From: Candidatus Latescibacterota bacterium
Lineage (GTDB): Bacteria; Latescibacterota; UBA2968
Direction: 5' to 3'
DNA length: 64,000 nt
Assembly: GCA_038279365.1 (NCBI GenBank)
Contig: JAYODI010000013.1
Location: 23,406-87,405 of the forward strand
Part shown: piece after piece, positions 58,667 to 64,000 of the stretch
Position numbering within the stretch: the stretch's first letter is position 1
How the letters are laid out: each line of letters begins with the position of its first letter
Notes under the pieces: generated by a model
Told to the model about the DNA's origin: nothing
The model's database searches: none
What the model saw: only the letters and a program-made list of their open reading frames with translations
Made by a program: the position numbers and the translations under genes

Positions 58667-61600
58667 TTACTTCAGCAACAACATCTTGCGCACGCCGGTA
58701 AACTCTCCGGCGACCATTCGCACAAAATAAATGCCACTGGCAACCGAACGACCCAAGTGATCTTGACCGTTCCAAGACAAGCGGTAGAAACCGGCGTCGC
58801 GCATTCCGCTTGCCAGCGTCATCACCTCTTGGCCCAAAACGTTGTAAATCACCACACTCACCTCACCCGAAACAGGCACCGCAAATGGCACCGTTGTCTC
58901 TGGATTAAATGGGTTCGGGAAGTTCTGTGTTAACGCATAATTTTCTGGCAATGCACGCACGTCACTCAAGTGAGCCCCCACCAACGTATTGATGTGGTTG
59001 CCACCGTCTGAGAGAATCGCTTGTGCAATATCCACCTGCGCCACTTGTGAAGGATCGAGCACGTTAAAGTGCAGCACCATTAAATCTTGTGCCCCACTCA
59101 GTGCAGCATCGGTGGCCAACACATCGGCCAACAACAACGCCCCACCTTCGGTGGATGCTTGAATGGCCACACCATCGCCAAAGAGTGAGCCTTGTGGGCC
59201 TGTGACATGGGCCAGCTCAAGCACCGACTTATCGTAGTTGAGTTGGAGGTTGTACCCCTTCACGTCTACAGCGTCAGCCAAACGCAACGCCACAACCGCT
59301 TCGGTTGCAGAACGCGTAGGCACAGGCACCAAGCTGAGCGTGGTTTTGTCGTTGGCCCCCAACACCTCACCCACAGGCTTGGCCAAACCTGCACGCTTGC
59401 TGCTCACCGGCTTACCAAACTGAGCGGCAAAGACCAAAAAGTCTGGGAAGTCAATGGCACCGTTGCTGTTTAAATCGGCAGCGGCATTAAAGCTTGCGTC
59501 ACCTGTCTTGGCACCAAATGCTGAAGCAAAAGCCAAGAAGTCTGGAAAGTCAACGACACCGTTGCCATTTAAGTCTGGCGTGGGCCCAGCTGGGCCGGCA
59601 GTACCACCTGTGCTTGAGGCACCAATTTGAACAGCGGCACCACCGGTACCAATGGTCAACTTGGTTTGCCCAGACGACGTACCAAACTGCCCCGACACCA
59701 AAGACACACGCGTTTTGCCCGTGTAACCTGCTGCCACAGTAAACGTCAACTTACCCAAAGAACCCGAAGCTGCCGTTGAGGTCGTAGACCCAAAGAAAGC
59801 CACCGCCGCAGTAATGACACCACTGCGTTTGGTCACAATGGGTACCGCACCGGTGAACAAACCAGAAACAGCGAAGCCACTTGAAGCATCAAAGGTAACT
59901 TGTGTGCTGTCGTATTGAATAAGGGCTTGATAGGCACTCAAGCCACTGGCTCCTTCTGTGGCCACCAGCTCAACCACCACCGTGTCACCCACCTTAGGAG
60001 TCTCTGTTGTAATACGCAAAGCCTGGTCGCCCAACTCGTCTGCCTTTAAGTCTAAGGCAATGGGCCCCACAGGACCTTCGCCAATAGCAGGTGCGGTGGG
60101 AACCACCAACACGGTTTGCACAGGACGGGCACCACCCAACGAGACCAACACCGTAATGTCACCCTCGCCAGAGGCTTTCACCTTGGCCGTGGTTTGACCT
60201 TTGGACACCGTCTTGCTCACCGACTTGCCACCATCAACTTGACCGTTGCTGGACGTCACTTCAAAGGACACCACTGATGTATCGTCTGCACTGTAGGCCA
60301 AACCATCTAAGTCATACAACTTGACCGTAAGTGTCGATTCTTTGGTGCCAGCAGAATCTAAGGTGTCGCGGCTGGATGTGACACGCATTTGCCGTGTCAA
60401 ACCGGCCACTTCAATTTGTGCCCGTGAGAAAGCCCGAATCGTATCGGTGCCTCCCGACTTGGCCGACAGCAACAACTGCGTAGCTGTCAACTCAGTGGTG
60501 CCAAAGAACCGCTGGCTCACGCGGAAAGAGAACACACCCAGCAAACCACTGCCTTGGGCAAGCGTCTCTGTTTTGGGGCCCAAAATGGCTGCCGACTGGT
60601 TCACCGTATTGCCACGAATGGTGGTAAAGCCAACCACAAACCCACCCTTGGTTTTGAGCAAGTTTGTTTCGCCAGAACCATCGTCGGTTACCCCTTGGAG
60701 TGACACCGCCGTCGAATCGAACTGTACTTGTAATTCATAACCAGCCAAATCGGTCACGCCATCAATATAAACACCCATTGTAATCAAATCGCCAGGTGCC
60801 GCAGATTGTGAGATCACACCTTGATTGGCTGGTGTGGTGTCTAAGTCTACCTTAATGGGTGAATCAGCACCCGTATTGGCAACCAAACTCACGGGTGTGG
60901 TCGATTTGGGTTGCGGAGGATCCAAGACCACCACCGGCGCCTCAACGGTTTCACCCGCTTTGGCCGACACGGTGCCCAAATCACCACTGGTTGGCCCTTT
61001 ATTGGTTTCCAGCTTGGCAAACAACTGGTATTCACCTTCTGCAATTTTCAAGGTGTAAGCACCCGTCGTATCGACAACACCTTGACCGGCCTGTTCACCT
61101 GCAGCAGAAAATGCAATCACTTCACCAAAGAGAATTTCAACCTTTGACGAATCTGTTGTGGCTTGCTTAGAAGCGGCGGGTACCAAAGCAGCCAAATCAA
61201 CCTTACCGTTAATGGTGGCCAAAGCCGTCACCACACTGCCCGTAGAAAATGTTACCGTAACAGGTGTGGTCAATGCACTCTGGTTCACACTCACCGCATT
61301 TACAATGGTCAACGAATAGGTCTGACCTGCAACCAAGGTGGCCACACCAGAAACCGTTTTGCCATCTTCGCTGAGTGTCAACCCCGTTAACTTACCACTG
61401 CCTTCGCTGGGTTTTAAGAACGCATTCACATTCACAAAACTACCAGCAAGCTGAATGGGATTGCTAAACGTAATCGAAATGGTGCTCTCGCCTTCTGCGA
61501 CACCCACCGCACCTTCTGAAGGCGTTGTGGAAACCACAGAAAGAGAAGATTTACGGTCGCGAATCACAAACTCGGCTTCGCCGTATAAATTAGGAATAGA

Positions 61601-64000
61601 AGGCACTTCCACGCTCACAAAGTGTTGGCCAGGACTTAAATTGTTGGCAACGGCCCCAGACTTCACATCGGCTGGTGGGAAGAAATCGAGAAACACCGTC
61701 ATGGGCACACTCAACTCTTCTTCTGTATCACCCTTGTAAGCAAGCAACCGCGCATCATTTTGGGCACCTTCGCCGTCAAAATCACCCACCTCAACCACAA
61801 GGCGCAAGAACGAAATCGTTTCAAGCAAGGTAATATGAACAGCCGTTGGTGTACCGCCAATGACTTCACCTTCTAAAATAATACGCCCCTCTGCCAAATC
61901 GGCCAAAGTAACCGCTGTGCCATCATCCTTGAAAATAGACGCACTGCTTGGCACAGAGATGGTCGGCTTTTCTTTAAAAATTAACTGCCGGTTTTCCACA
62001 TCCACTGAAATTTCGTTGGCGGGGAAAATTACGTCTTCAGGGCGGAAATTACGTCGAACATTTGGATCAACCAATTCCAATCGAACAATACCGTCGGTAT
62101 ACGGATTGAATTGAACCAATACTTCGAAGTTGCCACCACCCGCCAACGCCGTTGCAAATGCATCAAGTTGAATACGACGACCACGTGCATCACCAATATA
62201 AGCACGTTGATCAATGGCTTCGGGCGGATCGGCTTCTAAGGTAAGGGTGCTGCTGGCCACATCGACAGCCTTCACCACAGCATCCACAAAGAAGGGTTCA
62301 CCACCAATAATTTCAATGCGTGAAGCAGTGCGATCACCCTTAAAGCCATCGGAGAAGAGCTGTTCGGTGCCCGTTACGTGAATGCGCACACCAAAATTCA
62401 AGTCTTCTTCAGCGGCAAACGAACCGTCGGCAAACACAATTTCGGTATTGCGATTCACCCGAATACCAGGTTCACCTGCTGGGCTGATCACATTTTCCCA
62501 ATCGCGCACTTGGTTCCAAGGATCCACAATTTCAATAATCCGTTGTTGATCACTTGCCGTAGGAATGGTTTCAGGATTGACCAACACCTGTACTTTATTG
62601 GTCTCAAGACGATTGGGATCGTTGGTCGCCAACAAATCGACCACCAACAACACCAACCCCGGATCGCCAAGTTCGCGCTCCAATTGTTTAAAGTAATCGC
62701 GAAGCTCTCTCAATGAACCCTTGACACTGCCATCTGGCAACGTAACAGCCAAACCGTTTACTGCAAAAATCAAGGGGGGCGGTTGCAATTGCAAGAAACC
62801 ACCAAATGGATCGAAGAAATCTACGCGATCCGTTAAATCAAATGTTTGTTCGCGCGCACCACCATTTAACATGGTCACACGTGAAGCAACCACTGTACGG
62901 GCGTCTTTATCTGCCTCACCAAACACGGCCACCGTCATACCTACTTTTATTTCGGAGAATGTACTGAGGTCTCCAAAAATGCCATGTGGTTCGCCAAAAA
63001 ACTCGCCATTGTTACCAGGTTGATTATTTTGACCAGGTTGTTGACCACCAGGTTGGTTATTCTGACCAGGTTGTTGACCACCGGGTTGCTGTTGTTGATG
63101 GGTTGCAATTTTGAAATTGGGTCCACCCTGATTGTTTGGACCACCCTGATTGTTTGGACCAAACCCGCCATCAAAAAATGGATCTTCTTCACCAGGTAAT
63201 TGACCATACAACAAGGTCACCTCAGCACTGTCACCCAGGGTTACCTGCCACACATCGCCAGTCTCTTTGGCTTCAAGTGTTAATGTATTACTGCCCACAC
63301 TGGTCACCTTGCCAACCACAACAGGCTTCTCATCTTCTGGGCCACGGAAAATAATTATCTTTGTGGCCAAAATAGAGCCGTCATCTTGGAAGTCACCAAA
63401 GATATCAACGTCGTCATCTTCTTCAAGATCATCAAATGTCGCAGGTTCTTGTGCAGGGGGCTCAAAAAAACCACCCGGTTGTTGGTTCGGATCATTCGGT
63501 TGCCCAGGCACCACCTGTTTCATCCGTGCTGCGAGACCAAATGTGCCTTGCCCACCTGGATTATTTGGGCCACCAGAACCTGCCTGACCGGGTTGGCCAG
63601 GTTGACCAGGTTGACCAGGTTGACCAGGTTGACCAGGTTGCTGATTGGGGTCACCAGGTTGGCCAGGTTGACCAGGACCAAAATCAAACGTTTGAATAAA
63701 AAACTCAGTGTTGTCATCAATGACCACCAACGTAAACAGTCCAGGAGCTTCTTCAATTTCAAACGTTTTGTTATCGCGGTTCAATCCTTGCACACGACCA
63801 ATTGCAACTGGGAAGCCAAATTCGTCCTCGTCAAATTCACGGAGGATCTTAACACCCAAAGCGTCAATTTCATTGGTTGTGGTGTTACGATCACCAAACA
63901 CCTCAACGCCATCGCCTACAACCAAGTCTTCGAAAATACCAATACCTTCAAAGAAGTTAGGTTGACCACCAGGTTGTTGACCACCAGGTTGTTGACCACC
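58667..64000 (-). CDS. Giant secreted scaffoldin-like protein (>1777 aa, 5' end outside the window): DUF5666-like repeats, Ig-like domains, three cohesin-like domains, dockerin-like pair, T9SS/FlgD-type C-terminal domain
   Basis: Frame open to the window end; DL..GD.V.V.G...A..I repeats; (G/A)Y.....(F/Y)D...GSG.L...F.V cohesin-like blocks; DLNGNGVVDFPDFLAFASAFG-type motif twice; QNFPNPFNP..IYNVLGQ.V..ASGIYF..KMLLLK. Confidence 0.88.
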   Translation of the reverse strand, partial: GGQQPGGQQPGGQPNFFEGIGIFEDLVVGDGVEVFGDRNTTTNEIDALGVKILREFDEDEFGFPVAIGRVQGLNRDNKTFEIEEAPGLFTLVVIDDNTEFFIQTFDFGPGQPGQPGDPNQQPGQPGQPGQPGQPGQPGQAGSGGPNNPGGQGTFGLAARMKQVVPGQPNDPNQQPGGFFEPPAQEPATFDDLEEDDDVDIFGDFQDDGSILATKIIIFRGPEDEKPVVVGKVTSVGSNTLTLEAKETGDVWQVTLGDSAEVTLLYGQLPGEEDPFFDGGFGPNNQGGPNNQGGPNFKIATHQQQQPGGQQPGQNNQPGGQQPGQNNQPGNNGEFFGEPHGIFGDLSTFSEIKVGMTVAVFGEADKDARTVVASRVTMLNGGAREQTFDLTDRVDFFDPFGGFLQLQPPPLIFAVNGLAVTLPDGSVKGSLRELRDYFKQLERELGDPGLVLLVVDLLATNDPNRLETNKVQVLVNPETIPTASDQQRIIEIVDPWNQVRDWENVISPAGEPGIRVNRNTEIVFADGSFAAEEDLNFGVRIHVTGTEQLFSDGFKGDRTASRIEIIGGEPFFVDAVVKAVDVASSTLTLEADPPEAIDQRAYIGDARGRRIQLDAFATALAGGGNFEVLVQFNPYTDGIVRLELVDPNVRRNFRPEDVIFPANEISVDVENRQLIFKEKPTISVPSSASIFKDDGTAVTLADLAEGRIILEGEVIGGTPTAVHITLLETISFLRLVVEVGDFDGEGAQNDARLLAYKGDTEEELSVPMTVFLDFFPPADVKSGAVANNLSPGQHFVSVEVPSIPNLYGEAEFVIRDRKSSLSVVSTTPSEGAVGVAEGESTISITFSNPIQLAGSFVNVNAFLKPSEGSGKLTGLTLSEDGKTVSGVATLVAGQTYSLTIVNAVSVNQSALTTPVTVTFSTGSVVTALATINGKVDLAALVPAASKQATTDSSKVEILFGEVIAFSAAGEQAGQGVVDTTGAYTLKIAEGEYQLFAKLETNKGPTSGDLGTVSAKAGETVEAPVVVLDPPQPKSTTPVSLVANTGADSPIKVDLDTTPANQGVISQSAAPGDLITMGVYIDGVTDLAGYELQVQFDSTAVSLQGVTDDGSGETNLLKTKGGFVVGFTTIRGNTVNQSAAILGPKTETLAQGSGLLGVFSFRVSQRFFGTTELTATQLLLSAKSGGTDTIRAFSRAQIEVAGLTRQMRVTSSRDTLDSAGTKESTLTVKLYDLDGLAYSADDTSVVSFEVTSSNGQVDGGKSVSKTVSKGQTTAKVKASGEGDITVLVSLGGARPVQTVLVVPTAPAIGEGPVGPIALDLKADELGDQALRITTETPKVGDTVVVELVATEGASGLSAYQALIQYDSTQVTFDASSGFAVSGLFTGAVPIVTKRSGVITAAVAFFGSTTSTAASGSLGKLTFTVAAGYTGKTRVSLVSGQFGTSSGQTKLTIGTGGAAVQIGASSTGGTAGPAGPTPDLNGNGVVDFPDFLAFASAFGAKTGDASFNAAADLNSNGAIDFPDFLVFAAQFGKPVSSKRAGLAKPVGEVLGANDKTTLSLVPVPTRSATEAVVALRLADAVDVKGYNLQLNYDKSVLELAHVTGPQGSLFGDGVAIQASTEGGALLLADVLATDAALSGAQDLMVLHFNVLDPSQVAQVDIAQAILSDGGNHINTLVGAHLSDVRALPENYALTQNFPNPFNPETTVPFAVPVSGEVSVVIYNVLGQEVMTLASGMRDAGFYRLSWNGQDHLGRSVASGIYFVRMVAGEFTGVRKMLLLK
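63586..63677 (-). repeat. Coding 9-bp tandem repeat (PGQ)n; related GGQQP/GQNNQP repeats at 63017-63095 and 63961-64000
   Basis: Repeated GGTTGACCA units; GGTTGTTGACCACCA units at the window end. Confidence 0.9.

Overview
Gene-dense bacterial chromosome segment (~45% GC by eye, + strand strongly C/A-rich) with about 44 CDS. I saw no rRNA, tRNA or CRISPR array. The gene content suggests an FCB-group organism such as Ca. Latescibacterota (inference): two DUF6785/DUF6784-type membrane proteins, Phe-rich dockerin-like tags, a T9SS-type C-terminal domain and a Bacteroidota-type short RpoD. Housekeeping genes are a short RpoD/SigA, murD, hrcA-grpE-dnaJ (no dnaK) and prmA. Catabolic genes include a six-gene Opp/Dpp-family ABC importer with two binding proteins, two heparinase II/III-type lyases, a deacetylase, amidohydrolases, MlrC and an S8 protease. 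Most notable observations: (1) a non-cellulolytic cohesin-dockerin system, with a giant T9SS-tailed scaffoldin-like protein (three cohesin-like domains) and an S8 protease and a YHYH protein sharing its dockerin-like tag; (2) a BpsA-like branched polyamine synthase coupled to a DUF2156 acyltransferase in an apparent non-thermophile; (3) an orphan M.MjaV-like methyltransferase whose predicted GTAC target overlaps its own -10 box; (4) a DUF3078 outer-membrane gene frameshifted at a C8 tract; (5) a plant-type TrpD-like protein; (6) heptamer-repeat intergenic hairpins and a pseudoknot-capable leader; (7) a small decayed IS3/TumE island. Family assignments come from motif recognition without database searches.
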